Below are positions 18,252-28,928 of a DNA stretch of 50,904 bases, piece after piece. The DNA is from Minisyncoccota bacterium (lineage in GTDB: Bacteria; Patescibacteriota; Patescibacteriia; Patescibacteriales; UBA12465): positions 1 through 50,904 of the forward strand of contig JAIPJA010000004.1 of NCBI GenBank assembly GCA_021734405.1, given 5' to 3'. The notes beneath the pieces were generated by a model. It was not told the DNA's origin, did no database searches, and saw only the letters and a program-made list of their open reading frames with translations. How positions within the stretch are numbered: the first letter of the stretch is position 1; every line of letters begins with the position of its first letter. Position numbers and translations under genes: made by a program.

Positions 18252-19691
18252 ATGAAAAAGGGGAAACTATTTAAATTAAGAACTTTTTTATTATTTCTAT
18301 GGCTAGTTTTGATGGCTTTTTTTGTTTATCAAAAAGTTGTTCCTTTGGGAGAAGCTAAATATTGTGGTAATTTGCTTGATAAGGATTATTTTGTAGCTAA
18401 TTTAACACCTAGTGAAAGGATTAATAATGTTAATGGTAGAGCTGGTATTTTAGGAGAGCCAGTATATTTTTCTCTGCAGTTGCCTCGTCATTTTCAAAGG
18501 GCTGAGTTTGAGTTGAAATATAGAATAGATGAGAGGAGTAAGCTTTTTAAAATTGGTATGTTAGCTGATGACAAGTTTTGGCGCTATAGAGAAGAGCCTT
18601 TAGAAAATCAGTTGATTGAGGAAGCTATAGAGAGCTGGGAAGGTGTTGAGATTGAGGAGGGTAAATTATTTTTGCAACGCGAAAAAAAGTTTTCTAATTT
18701 AAAATCTTATCTGGATAGCAATCCTTCTCTATTTAATTTAGGAATATATAATTTATCTGAAAATGATTTAAATTTACCAGAGTTTAGCTTAGAAGCAGAG
18801 GAAAGAGCAACTTTAGCAACTGATTGGTCTTTACCAGCACCTTTAAGGGGAGATCATCAATTATTTGTCTATAGTTTTGGTGAAAACATTAGTTTAGATT
18901 TGAGTTATTTTGATTTAAACCAAAATAAAGATGAGGATAGTTTAGATCTTAATTTATACTACCGAGATAAACTGCTTAGTTCAGAAGTTTTACCTGATGA
19001 TGGTAGTAGCCAAGATAATGGCGAAGCTTCTGAAATCAAGAATTTTAACTGGAATTTAGGTTATTTACCTGAAGGAGTATATAAGTTAGAAATACGTGCC
19101 AGTAGTGATATAGTTATAGCTAATTTAAAAAGCTCTACTAATTATTTGGTGTTTGTAAATAAAGTTAATATTTATAAAAGTGATGAGCCTATAACTTTAC
19201 AAAATAATGGCAGTTTTTTACGAGCAGAAACAGTTTATCCGGCTTATTTGCAAACTATAAATTTCAAAGATAGACAATTAGAAGTTAATAAAACATATAA
19301 TCAGTATTATTTAAACAATATTGAAAGCAATAATTTTTTAGGTGATATAACGTTAGAAAAAGGTGGTATTCAATTAGCTAATAATGGTGTGTTTGCTTTT
19401 AGAGGGGCTTACTTTTTTGACCCTAGAGTTAAAACTTTAGATCAAAGCACTAAGTTGTCTGAGGTGAGCTATGTTATCGCTGATTACATTCCAGTTAAAA
19501 AAGAAGGTTCTTGGCGCATAGCTAGGGCAAGGTTTGATTTGTCTAGTGTCTGGAGTAAAGATAATAAATATAATGTGGTATTGTCTGTTCCAGGAATACA
19601 ACTTAATGATATACCAGCCATTACTATAGACAATCTTTGTGTTAGAGTTAAAGGCAAAAATATATGGCAGAAAATAAAAGAAGTTTTTTAA
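18252..19691 (+). CDS. Hypothetical exported/membrane-anchored beta-rich protein
   Basis: 479-aa ORF with an N-terminal basic plus hydrophobic segment; no recognised family motif. Confidence 0.7.
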   Translation: MKKGKLFKLRTFLLFLWLVLMAFFVYQKVVPLGEAKYCGNLLDKDYFVANLTPSERINNVNGRAGILGEPVYFSLQLPRHFQRAEFELKYRIDERSKLFKIGMLADDKFWRYREEPLENQLIEEAIESWEGVEIEEGKLFLQREKKFSNLKSYLDSNPSLFNLGIYNLSENDLNLPEFSLEAEERATLATDWSLPAPLRGDHQLFVYSFGENISLDLSYFDLNQNKDEDSLDLNLYYRDKLLSSEVLPDDGSSQDNGEASEIKNFNWNLGYLPEGVYKLEIRASSDIVIANLKSSTNYLVFVNKVNIYKSDEPITLQNNGSFLRAETVYPAYLQTINFKDRQLEVNKTYNQYYLNNIESNNFLGDITLEKGGIQLANNGVFAFRGAYFFDPRVKTLDQSTKLSEVSYVIADYIPVKKEGSWRIARARFDLSSVWSKDNKYNVVLSVPGIQLNDIPAITIDNLCVRVKGKNIWQKIKEVF

Positions 19692-19870
19692 GACTAAAAC
19701 TTAGACTTATTTTTAGGGAAATATTTTATTTCTTGCTTTTGTCTTTGGTTTCTTTTTCTCTTTTAGAAATTATTTGGCCAGGCTCTGTTTTAGCCTATTT
19801 TAACCTTAATTTACTATTGCTTATTTGCCTGCTCGTTGCTATATTATTAATATATTGGCCTAAAAAATAA
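19664..19870 (+). CDS. Small two-TM membrane protein
   Basis: 68 aa, two hydrophobic helices; fills the gap in a tightly packed operon. Confidence 0.6.
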   Translation: MAENKRSFLRLKLRLIFREIFYFLLLSLVSFSLLEIIWPGSVLAYFNLNLLLLICLLVAILLIYWPKK

Positions 19871-19880
19871 TATATAATTT

Positions 19881-20954
19881 ATGAAGATTATAAATGAAAG
19901 TGACAAAACAAAACTATATTTGGGTCTAGGTTTTGCCATTTTTTTAATTTTAATTATCTTAGGAGAAAAAGCTTTTTGGCCCTTAGTCATTATAGCTTTA
20001 GTTGTTCTAACGATAAAGAAAAATTTTCCTACTTTGTTTAAAAATCAAGCTTTGAATTTTAATATTTTCAAGGCTAAAACTAATAATATTATGGATACAA
20101 TTAATGTTAGCCAAAGAGAGGCTACAAAAAAAATCAAAAAATTATTTATTTGGATTATCGGAGTAATTATTGTAATTTGGCTTTTTGCCTCCTCTGTGGT
20201 GGTGGTAGAGGCTGGGCAAACTGGCGTTTATTCTTTATTTGGTAAAGTTAGAGACAGAGAGCTTGCCTCTGGTTTTTACCTTATTAACCCTCTAGCTAAG
20301 GTTACGCAAATGAGCATTAGAACTGAGGAATATACTATGAGTATTATGCAAGGTGAGGGTAAAAAGCAAGGGGCTGATTCTATTAAAGCTTTAACCAGCG
20401 AAGGGCTAGAGGTAGATTTAGATATTACAGTTTTGTATCATTTAGAAGAAAGTCAGGCTTCAGGTGTTTATAAGGATGTGGGTCTGCAATATGAAGATAG
20501 AATTATTAGACCTTCTATCAGAAGTACAATTAGAGAAGTGATTGCTAATTACAACTCTAAAGATATTTATTCTAGTAAAAGAGAAGAGGCAGTGGCCAAT
20601 ATTTTTTCTAATTTACAGGAACCTTTAGGAAACAGAGGCATTATTTTAGAGGAAGTACTGCTTAGAAATGTTCAGTTACCAGCTAATTTAGCTCAAAGTA
20701 TACAAGAAAAACTACAAGCTGAACAAGAAGCACAAAAATATGAATATTTACTACAAACAGAGAAAAAAGAAAAAGAAAGAAAAATTATTGAAGCTGAAGG
20801 ACAAAGAGATGCTCAAACAATTATTAACTCAAGTTTAACCCCTAATTATCTTTATTACCTATATGTAAGTAATTTAGAGGAAAGGGAGGGAACTATTTAT
20901 GTTCCTACTAATCCTGAGACTGGTTTACCTATGTTTAGAAATTTAGGGCAATAA
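19881..20954 (+). CDS. SPFH/prohibitin (band 7) family membrane protein
   Basis: VVVEAGQTGV..FGKV, IRPSIRS.IREV, LRNVQLP, AEQEAQ coiled coil; extra N-terminal TM hairpin. Confidence 0.9.
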   Translation: MKIINESDKTKLYLGLGFAIFLILIILGEKAFWPLVIIALVVLTIKKNFPTLFKNQALNFNIFKAKTNNIMDTINVSQREATKKIKKLFIWIIGVIIVIWLFASSVVVVEAGQTGVYSLFGKVRDRELASGFYLINPLAKVTQMSIRTEEYTMSIMQGEGKKQGADSIKALTSEGLEVDLDITVLYHLEESQASGVYKDVGLQYEDRIIRPSIRSTIREVIANYNSKDIYSSKREEAVANIFSNLQEPLGNRGIILEEVLLRNVQLPANLAQSIQEKLQAEQEAQKYEYLLQTEKKEKERKIIEAEGQRDAQTIINSSLTPNYLYYLYVSNLEEREGTIYVPTNPETGLPMFRNLGQ

Positions 20955-20959
20955 TTTTT

Positions 20960-23002
20960 ATGAGTTTAAAAAGTTTTTTTAGCCCTCAAAGCCTAGCTGT
21001 TGTTGGAGCTTCTTCAAACCCTGAAAAGATTGGTTATCAAATTGTTTCTAATCTTAAACAAGCAGGCTATCAGGGAAAAATTTATCCTGTTAATTTAAAT
21101 AGTTCTAAAATTTTAGGACTTAAAAGTTATTCTTCTCTTTTAGAGATAAAAGCTAAAGTTGATTTAGTAGTTATAGCTATTCCAGCTCCTTTAGTGAAAT
21201 CAGAGGTGGAAAAATGTGTTCAGCTAAAAATTAAAAATGTGGTTATTATTAGTGCTGGTTTTAAAGAGTTGAATAAAGAAGGGGCTAAAATGGAAGCAGA
21301 AATTTTTAACTTAGCTAAAGAAAACAACTTAAATATTTTAGGCCCTAATTGTTTAGGCTTTATAGCTAAAGAAAATCATTTAAATGCAACTTTTGCTAAA
21401 GTAGATTTAAACAGTCAAAGCAGTCAGATTTCTTTAGTTAGTCAATCAGGCGCTATTGGTAGCGCTATGTTAGACTGGTTTGCCGAGAGTAATTTATCTT
21501 TAGCTAATTTTGTTAGTTTAGGTAATAAGGTGGATATAGCTGAAGATGAAGTTTTTGATTATTTAAAAGATGATAAAGAAATTAAATTAGTAGTAGCCTA
21601 TTTAGAAGAAATTAAAAACGGCAAAAAACTAAGACAAAGCTTATCGGCTTTAGCTAAGAAAAAACCAGTGATTGTTATAAAGGCGGGTAAAAGTCAGGCT
21701 GGTACAAAAATGGCTTTAAGCCATACGGGCAGTTTAGCTGGATCCTTTAAAACGGTTAAATTAGCCTTAGAGTCTAGTGGAGCAATTTTAATTGATAATT
21801 TAGAAGAGTTGTTTGAGCTATTAAAACTATGGCCTAGCTTAAAAGATAAGTCTTTATCTAAAATATTTAATGACTTAGAAGTGATGTTAGTTTCTAATGC
21901 TGGTGGTCCTTTGGTTATAGCAGCTGATTTATTGGAGGAATATAAACTGTCTCTGGCTAAGTGGTCTAAGAGTATAAAAAGCTTAAAAGACTTACCTAAA
22001 GGTATTAGTTTAAAAAATCCTTTAGATATCTTAGGAGACGCTCCAGCTTCTCGCTATTTTTCAGCTTTAAAGCCTTTGCTTGAATATAGTCAAGAAAAAG
22101 TGTTTGTGATTGTTTTTACTCCGCAAAGCGTTAGCGAGCCTAAAAAAACTGCTGAGATTATAGTTAATTTTAAAAAGCAATATCGAGATAAATTATTTAT
22201 ACCAGTCTTTATTGGTGGTAAAGCTGTGGGAGAGGCTAAAAAAATCTTTGCCCAAGAAAATATGGCTTATTATGATTGTTTAGAGCCAGCACTATTTGCC
22301 TTAGCTAAATATGGAGATTATATAAAGAGACTAAAGAGTTTGCAGAGTTATCAAGCTGACAAAGACATAAGTCTTATACCTAAAAATCAGCAACTTGATT
22401 ATTTAAAATCATTTAAGTTACTGAAAAAGTATGGTTTAAATATAGTTGAAAATAAAAAGATAAGTTCAGTTAAAGATTTAGATAAATTAAAGTTTCCAGC
22501 AGTTTTAAAAGCTACGGGAGAAAAATTAATTCATAAAACTGAAAAAGAAGCCGTGGTAGTGGGCATAGAAAATACCTTAGAAGCTCAGTCTGCTTACAAA
22601 AAATTACAAACTCTTTTTAGTAAAGGAGCTGATACCATTGTTTTCCAGCCATTTATTAAAAATAATTTAGAGTTAATAGCGGGCTTTAAAAGAGATAAAG
22701 ACTTTGGCATTATGTTCATGCTGGGCTGGGGAGGTATTTATGCTGAAGTTTTGCAAGATACAGCTTGGCATTTAGGTTATTTAAAAAAAGCTGATGCTTA
22801 CAAAATGTTAAAGAGTTTAAAAGTATATAAAATCATTTCTGGTTTTAGAGGCAAGAAATACAGTCAAGAAAAAATTGTAAATTTTATGCTAGCTTTATCT
22901 AGGTTAGCTCAAGACAATTTACAAATACAAGAATTAGATATTAATCCTTTATTTGTTGATGATAAGTCTGCTAAAGCCGGAGATGTTAGAATTATTATAT
23001 AA
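20960..23002 (+). CDS. Acetate--CoA ligase (ADP-forming), fused alpha/beta
   Basis: AVVGAS, GPNCLG, SQSGA, phospho-His SHTGSL, NPLD, ATP-grasp HKTE and ELDINP. Confidence 0.9.
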   Translation: MSLKSFFSPQSLAVVGASSNPEKIGYQIVSNLKQAGYQGKIYPVNLNSSKILGLKSYSSLLEIKAKVDLVVIAIPAPLVKSEVEKCVQLKIKNVVIISAGFKELNKEGAKMEAEIFNLAKENNLNILGPNCLGFIAKENHLNATFAKVDLNSQSSQISLVSQSGAIGSAMLDWFAESNLSLANFVSLGNKVDIAEDEVFDYLKDDKEIKLVVAYLEEIKNGKKLRQSLSALAKKKPVIVIKAGKSQAGTKMALSHTGSLAGSFKTVKLALESSGAILIDNLEELFELLKLWPSLKDKSLSKIFNDLEVMLVSNAGGPLVIAADLLEEYKLSLAKWSKSIKSLKDLPKGISLKNPLDILGDAPASRYFSALKPLLEYSQEKVFVIVFTPQSVSEPKKTAEIIVNFKKQYRDKLFIPVFIGGKAVGEAKKIFAQENMAYYDCLEPALFALAKYGDYIKRLKSLQSYQADKDISLIPKNQQLDYLKSFKLLKKYGLNIVENKKISSVKDLDKLKFPAVLKATGEKLIHKTEKEAVVVGIENTLEAQSAYKKLQTLFSKGADTIVFQPFIKNNLELIAGFKRDKDFGIMFMLGWGGIYAEVLQDTAWHLGYLKKADAYKMLKSLKVYKIISGFRGKKYSQEKIVNFMLALSRLAQDNLQIQELDINPLFVDDKSAKAGDVRIII

Positions 23003-24639
23003 TGTTAAAAAGATTTTTTTCTAAACCTATACACACAATTACTTCAGCTGCAGCTTTAGTGGCTTTATTTTCTTTGTTTTCTAGAATTTTAGGAGTTGTA
23101 AGAGATAGAGTTTTAGCTGGTCAATTTGGTGCTTCTGAAATTACCGATGCCTATTATGCCGCCTTTAGAGTACCTGACTTACTTTTTAACTTAATAGTTT
23201 TAGGAGCGCTGTCAGCTGGTTTTATACCAGTTTTTACTAAGCTTATAAAAGATTTTTCTCTTAGCTATCAAGATAGTTATAGAAAGAATATAAAAGCTTG
23301 GAACTTGGCTAATAGCATTTTAAATTTAATGACTTTGTCTCTTTTAGCTTTGTCAGTTTTAGGAATAATATTTGCTCCAGAGCTGGTTAAGCTGGTGGTG
23401 CCAGGTTTTAGTGCTTCTTTGCAAGCGACCACAGTTAAATTAACCAGAATAATGTTTTTATCTCCTATATTTTTAGGTATTTCTAGTGTTTTAGGCAGTG
23501 TTTTACAGTCTTATAGAAAGTTCCTGGCTTATTCTCTAGCGCCGATATTATATAATTTAGGTATTATTTTTGGCATTATTTATTTAGTGCCACTTTTAGG
23601 AATTACTGGTTTAGCCTGGGGCGTGGTTTTAGGAGCTTTTTTACACATGCTTATACAACTGCCATCAGCCGTATTTTCAGGCTTTTTCTATCGCTTAAAA
23701 CTTTCTTTTAAATTTGAAGGAGTAATGAGAATTTTAAAGATGATGGTGCCTAGAACCATGGCTTTAGCAGTAGGGCAAATTAATCTTTTAGTTATAACTA
23801 TTATTGCCTCAACTTTAATTTCAGGATCTTTGGCTGTTTTTAATTTCGCTAATAACCTGCAATCTTTTGCTGTTGGTATTTTTGGCATCTCTTTTGCTGT
23901 GGCAGCTTTTCCTACTTTTTCTAGATTAGGAAATAATAATATTAAATTAGTAGATAGTTTTTTAAAAACTTTTAGACAAATACTTTTCTTTATTATCCCC
24001 TCTACGGTTTTGCTTTTAACTTTAAGGGCCCAGATTATTAGAGTTATTTTAGGAACGGGAAAATTTAATTGGCAAGATACTATTTTAACTATAGATACTT
24101 TAGGCTTTTTTGCTCTGAGCTTATTTGCTCAAGCTACTATATCACTCCTGGTAAGAGTTTTTTATGCTAAAGAAGACTCTAAAACTCCCTTTTATTCAGC
24201 TTTAATAGCTATGGTTATAAATATTATTTTGGCTACTTATTTTTCTGCTATCTTTGGTGTAGCTGGTTTAGCTTTAGCTTTTTCTTTGTCCACGGTGTTA
24301 AATTTTTTAATATTGTGGTTAATTTTAAACTGGAAATTAGGCAGTCTTTATCAAAAAAACTTACTCTTAACTATAGTTAAGATGTCAGTAGCTGCTATTT
24401 TAGCTGGAGTAGTAGTACAAATAGCTAAAGTAGTTATTTGGCCTTTTATTGATATGACTACTTTTAAGGGTGTGTTTTTACAAGGTTTAGGGGCTGGCTT
24501 GGCAGGACTAGCTTTTTATCTTTTACTATGTTATATATTTAAAGTCGAGGAAATGTTTGCTATATTTTCTAGTTTGCGTCGCAGGTTGCCTTGGAAGAAA
24601 ATAGAAACTGAGAATTCAAGTCAGGCTAGAGAGGTTTAG
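23002..24639 (+). CDS. murJ: Lipid II flippase MurJ
   Basis: SRILGVVRD, DAYYAAFRVPD, GALSAGFIPVF, RVFYA.EDSKTP; multi-TM. Confidence 0.95.
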   Translation: MLKRFFSKPIHTITSAAALVALFSLFSRILGVVRDRVLAGQFGASEITDAYYAAFRVPDLLFNLIVLGALSAGFIPVFTKLIKDFSLSYQDSYRKNIKAWNLANSILNLMTLSLLALSVLGIIFAPELVKLVVPGFSASLQATTVKLTRIMFLSPIFLGISSVLGSVLQSYRKFLAYSLAPILYNLGIIFGIIYLVPLLGITGLAWGVVLGAFLHMLIQLPSAVFSGFFYRLKLSFKFEGVMRILKMMVPRTMALAVGQINLLVITIIASTLISGSLAVFNFANNLQSFAVGIFGISFAVAAFPTFSRLGNNNIKLVDSFLKTFRQILFFIIPSTVLLLTLRAQIIRVILGTGKFNWQDTILTIDTLGFFALSLFAQATISLLVRVFYAKEDSKTPFYSALIAMVINIILATYFSAIFGVAGLALAFSLSTVLNFLILWLILNWKLGSLYQKNLLLTIVKMSVAAILAGVVVQIAKVVIWPFIDMTTFKGVFLQGLGAGLAGLAFYLLLCYIFKVEEMFAIFSSLRRRLPWKKIETENSSQAREV

Positions 24640-24748
24640 TTTTATTTATAAACTATATATAAGATTAAACCTTATATACACTTTAAATTTGTAATAATTA
24701 GTAGCTATAAATAAGCATTAATTTAAAAGCATAGAAATATATTTATTT

Positions 24749-26557
24749 ATGAATTATCAAACTGATAAAATTAGAAACTTTTGTATAATTGCCCATATTG
24801 ATCATGGCAAGAGCACTTTGGCAGATAGAATGTTGCAGTTAACTAAAACTGTGGAAGACAGAAAAATGAAAGAACAGCTTCTAGATGCCATGGATTTAGA
24901 AAGGGAAAGAGGTATAACCATAAAATTACAACCTGTGAGCATGGAATATCAAGATCATCTTTTAAATTTAATTGATACTCCCGGTCATGTTGATTTTGGT
25001 TATGAAGTTTCTCGTTCTTTGGCAGCCGTGGAGACAGCTATTTTATTAATCGATGCTACCCAAGGCATTCAAGCGCAAACTCTAGCTAATTTATATTTAG
25101 CTTTAGAGCAGGATTTGTATATTATTCCGGTGATAAACAAAATTGATTTGCCAGCCGCAGATATTGAGGGAAGTCAAGAGGAAATAATTAAGCTTTTAGG
25201 TTGTGATAAAGAGGATATAATTTTAGCCTCAGGGAAAACCGGGCAAGGTGTAGAAGAAATTTTAAACCGAGTCATAACTAAAGGTGCTCAACCTGAAAGC
25301 AGTCAAGCTAACACTAATAGAGCTTTAATTTTTGATTCTAATTATGATAAATATAAGGGGGTAGTTACTTATGTGAGGGTAGTTGATGGCAGTTTTTCTA
25401 AAGGAGATGAAATCAGTTTAGCTATTAGCAAATCTGAGAGTGAAATTTTAGATATTGGAGTTTTTAAACCTCAATATAGTCCAACTGGAAAATTAAGTAC
25501 AGGCATGATAGGCTATATTGTTACTGGTTTTAAAGAAGTTAGTCAGACAAAAGTAGGTGATACCATTACTTTATCTAGCCAAGCTAATGATTGTAAGGCT
25601 TTACCTGGATACAAGGAAGTAAAGCCTATGGTATTTGCTGGTATTTTTCCTAAAGAAGGTGATGATTGGCAGAGTTTAATTGAGGCCGTAGAAAAACTCA
25701 AGTTAAACGATGCTTCGCTTACTTATGAAACTGAACATTCTGAAGCTTTGGGTTTTGGTCTTCGTTGTGGTTTTTTAGGACTGCTTCATTTAGAAATATT
25801 TCAAGAAAGACTCAGAAGAGAATATGGGTTAGATATAATTGTTACTATTCCTAGTGTTGCCTACAGAGTAATTAGCACTAATTTGGAAGAAAATATTATT
25901 AGAACTCCACAAAAGATGCCTAGACCTGATCAAATAAATAGCATTGAAGAGCCTTGGGTTACTTTAGATATTATTACCCCACAGACATATATTGGCTCTA
26001 TCATGCAACTTACTCAAGAAAAGAGAGGTGAGTATAAAAATACTGAATATATAAATACTGGTGATAAACATACAGCCAGAGCTATTTTACACTATAATTT
26101 ACCTTTGTCTTCGATTTTAACTGATTATTATGATAAGATAAAAAGTGTCAGCTCTGGTTATGCCTCTATAAACTATGAATATTTAGGCTATAGAGAAGCT
26201 GATGTAGTAAAAATGGATATATTAGTAGCAGAGGAGCCAATAGAGTCTTTAGCTTTGATGGTATATAGAGATGAAGCTTTTTCTCAAGGTAAAGAAATTG
26301 TTAAAATTTTAAGAGATTCACTGCCTAAACAAATGTTTGTAGTTAAATTACAAGCAGCCGTGGGAGGAAAAATTGTGGCCGCTGAGAGATTATCAGCTAT
26401 GAGAAAAGATGTAACAGCCAAGCTTTATGGTGGAGATGTTAGCAGAAAAAGAAAGCTTTTAGATAAACAAAAGCAGGGTAAAAAGAAAATGATGAAAGCT
26501 GGTAAGGGTAGCGTTGATATTCCTCCAGAAACTTTTGTTAAAATTTTAAAAAGATAA
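24749..26557 (+). CDS. lepA: Translation elongation factor 4
   Basis: IAHIDHGKSTLAD, ERERGITIK, RCGFLGLLHLEI, RKDVTAKLYGGD. Confidence 0.98.
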   Translation: MNYQTDKIRNFCIIAHIDHGKSTLADRMLQLTKTVEDRKMKEQLLDAMDLERERGITIKLQPVSMEYQDHLLNLIDTPGHVDFGYEVSRSLAAVETAILLIDATQGIQAQTLANLYLALEQDLYIIPVINKIDLPAADIEGSQEEIIKLLGCDKEDIILASGKTGQGVEEILNRVITKGAQPESSQANTNRALIFDSNYDKYKGVVTYVRVVDGSFSKGDEISLAISKSESEILDIGVFKPQYSPTGKLSTGMIGYIVTGFKEVSQTKVGDTITLSSQANDCKALPGYKEVKPMVFAGIFPKEGDDWQSLIEAVEKLKLNDASLTYETEHSEALGFGLRCGFLGLLHLEIFQERLRREYGLDIIVTIPSVAYRVISTNLEENIIRTPQKMPRPDQINSIEEPWVTLDIITPQTYIGSIMQLTQEKRGEYKNTEYINTGDKHTARAILHYNLPLSSILTDYYDKIKSVSSGYASINYEYLGYREADVVKMDILVAEEPIESLALMVYRDEAFSQGKEIVKILRDSLPKQMFVVKLQAAVGGKIVAAERLSAMRKDVTAKLYGGDVSRKRKLLDKQKQGKKKMMKAGKGSVDIPPETFVKILKR

Positions 26558-26567
26558 AATAAATAAC

Positions 26568-26672
26568 ATGAAAACAAGAACCAAGAAAGCTATAAATAAA
26601 ACAGTTTGGATACTGGTGTCTGTAATGGTTATTTTTTCTATGGTAGCCTGGACGTTTGGCTCTAGCTGGTAA
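26568..26672 (+). CDS. Unannotated 34-aa single-TM microprotein (MKTRTKKAINKTVWILVSVMVIFSMVAWTFGSSW)
   Basis: ATG 26568 to TAA 26672 fills the lepA-recJ gap (10 and 8 bp spacers); basic N-terminus followed by one hydrophobic helix. Confidence 0.7.
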   Translation: MKTRTKKAINKTVWILVSVMVIFSMVAWTFGSSW

Positions 26673-26680
26673 GTATTTTT

Positions 26681-28417
26681 ATGAAAAAAAATTGGTATTT
26701 AGCTCCGAAAGTAAACAAAGAATTAATAGATAAATATAAGCAAATTCCTGAGTTTTTGCTACAGTTTTTAGTTAACCGAAAAGTACTAGAATCAGAATTT
26801 GTAAGCTTTTTAGAAAATAATGAAGTTAATTTTTTAGATCCTTTTTTATTTTCTGACATGGAAAGAGCTGTAGAGAAAATTATTTATCATATTAAATCTC
26901 AACATAAAATCTTAGTTTACGGAGACTATGACGCAGACGGCATTACTTCAACCTCTCTGCTTTTTGATGTACTCTCTACTTTAAAAGCCGAGGTTGATAC
27001 CTATATCCCTGATAGAGTTAGTGAGGGTTATGGTTTAAATGAGCAAGCTATAAGGGAAGCTCAGAGCCGAGGAGCTAAATTAATTATTACAGTTGACAAT
27101 GGAGTGAGAAACAAAAAAGAAATAGCTTTAGCGCAAAAATTAGGAATAGAGGTAATAGTTACTGATCATCATAGTTTTCCTGAAAACAAAGAAGATTGGC
27201 CAGAGTGTTTGATTATAAACCCTTCTAATCCTGAAGACGGCTTTCCCTATAAAAAATTAGCTGGCGTAGGCACAGCCTTTAAGTTAGCCCAGGCTTTAGT
27301 CAGTAGTTCTAAACTAAAAACGGAAGATAAAAATAAATTATTAAATAAACAATTAGATTTAGTAGCTTTAGGCACTATAGCTGATTTAGTACCTTTAACT
27401 GGAGAAAACAGAGCCTTGGTAAGAGAAGGTTTAAAAGTAATAAATAAAAGTTTAAGCTCACTAGGAAAAGGCAGGCAAGGTCTTTATCAATTAGCTAAAC
27501 TAGCAGGACTTTCTAGTGAGAAAGATTTAGAAAGTTGGAATATTGCTTTTCAGTTAGCACCACGACTCAATGCTTCTAGTCGCATAGAGCACGCTGATAC
27601 AGCGGTAAAGCTTCTTACCACTTCTAATCGTCAAGAAGCTAGAAGTTTAGCTCAGGAATTAAATTTAAAAAATCAAAAAAGACAATTAATTACTGAAGAG
27701 ATTTTTTCAGAAGCAGAAGAAATTTTAAAAGATGATAAAAACTTAGCTAAAGTAGCCCTTTGCCCAGAAACTAAGAAGTGGAATGAAGGAGTGATAGGTT
27801 TAGTTTCTAGTAAGTTAACCTCTAAACATTATTTACCTTCTTTAGTTATTACTAGAACTGAAGAGGAAAATGGAAAAGTAGGTTTTAAAGGTTCTGGCAG
27901 AAGTATTGAAGAATTTAATTTAATGGAGGCCTTGGAAGACTTAAGCGATTATTTAGATAAATATGGTGGTCATCCTTTGGCTTGTGGATTTTCTATTTAT
28001 AGTGAAGACAAGTTAGATAAGTTTATAGCTGGCTTTATAGACATAGCTAATAAAAAGTTAAAAGATAAGCATTTAGAACCTAAGTTAGAAATTGATATTG
28101 AGTTAGATCCAGAAATGATTACTGAGGATCTTATGCTAGAATGTGATAAAATGAGGCCCTACGGAAAAGATAATCCACGCCCACTTCTTATTAGTAAAAA
28201 ACAAAGAGTTGATGATATAATGACTATGGGAGATAAAGGTCAGCATGTAAAAATTAAAGTACAAGATTTTTGGGCTATTGCTTTTTCTCAGAGTGAAAAG
28301 TTTAAAGATGTAAAACCTGGAGATATAATTGATTTAGTTTTCTATCCGGAATATAATCATTTCAATGGTAAAAAAACTATACAATTTAAAATAATTGATT
28401 TCTACAAACATGGATAA
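26681..28417 (+). CDS. recJ: Single-stranded-DNA exonuclease RecJ
   Basis: YGDYDADG, ITVDNG, TDHH, GTIAD, PRLNA, GSGRS, GGH. Confidence 0.97.
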   Translation: MKKNWYLAPKVNKELIDKYKQIPEFLLQFLVNRKVLESEFVSFLENNEVNFLDPFLFSDMERAVEKIIYHIKSQHKILVYGDYDADGITSTSLLFDVLSTLKAEVDTYIPDRVSEGYGLNEQAIREAQSRGAKLIITVDNGVRNKKEIALAQKLGIEVIVTDHHSFPENKEDWPECLIINPSNPEDGFPYKKLAGVGTAFKLAQALVSSSKLKTEDKNKLLNKQLDLVALGTIADLVPLTGENRALVREGLKVINKSLSSLGKGRQGLYQLAKLAGLSSEKDLESWNIAFQLAPRLNASSRIEHADTAVKLLTTSNRQEARSLAQELNLKNQKRQLITEEIFSEAEEILKDDKNLAKVALCPETKKWNEGVIGLVSSKLTSKHYLPSLVITRTEEENGKVGFKGSGRSIEEFNLMEALEDLSDYLDKYGGHPLACGFSIYSEDKLDKFIAGFIDIANKKLKDKHLEPKLEIDIELDPEMITEDLMLECDKMRPYGKDNPRPLLISKKQRVDDIMTMGDKGQHVKIKVQDFWAIAFSQSEKFKDVKPGDIIDLVFYPEYNHFNGKKTIQFKIIDFYKHG

Positions 28418-28835
28418 AAATAACAACAATTTAGAACTAATAATTTTTTGTGATGGTGGTGCTAGAGGCAATCCTGGACCAGCGGGTTTAGGCGTAGCTA
28501 TTTATGATAAAGATAAAAATATTTTAGAACAGATGTCTGAGTATTTAGGAGTTACCACTAATAATCAGGCAGAGTACAGAGCGGTGTTAAAAGCTATAGA
28601 GCGGGTTAAAGAATTAGGAGCTTCTAAGCTAACTTTTTATCTAGATTCAGAGTTAATTGTTAAGCAAATGTCTGGGGAATATAGGGTTAAAAATAAAGAA
28701 CTATTGCCAATATATTTAAAAATTAGACAACTTATTTTAAATTTTGAAAAAGTAGACTTTTTTCATGTTAGAAGGGAGGCAAATAAAGAAGCTGATAGAT
28801 TAGCTAATATAGCTATGGATAAAAAAGGGAATTAA
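28410..28835 (+). CDS. rnhA: Ribonuclease HI family protein
   Basis: DGGARGNPGPAG, TNNQAEY, DSELIVKQ, HVRREANKEADRLAN; ATG 28410 overlaps the recJ end. Confidence 0.93.
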   Translation: MDKNNNNLELIIFCDGGARGNPGPAGLGVAIYDKDKNILEQMSEYLGVTTNNQAEYRAVLKAIERVKELGASKLTFYLDSELIVKQMSGEYRVKNKELLPIYLKIRQLILNFEKVDFFHVRREANKEADRLANIAMDKKGN

Positions 28836-28839
28836 ATAT

Positions 28840-28894
28840 TTACTAATTATGTTTAGTAAAATATAATTAAATTACTAATTATAATTAGTAATTT
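28840..28894. repeat. Two tandem palindromes TTACTAA-N6-TTAGTAA
   Basis: 28840-28859 (spacer TTATGT) and 28872-28891 (spacer TTATAA); the second lies within a perfect 26-bp palindrome at 28869-28894. Confidence 0.7.
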
Positions 28895-28928
28895 TTTAAA
28901 GCTTACTTTCAAGCCAGTTTTAAATAAG

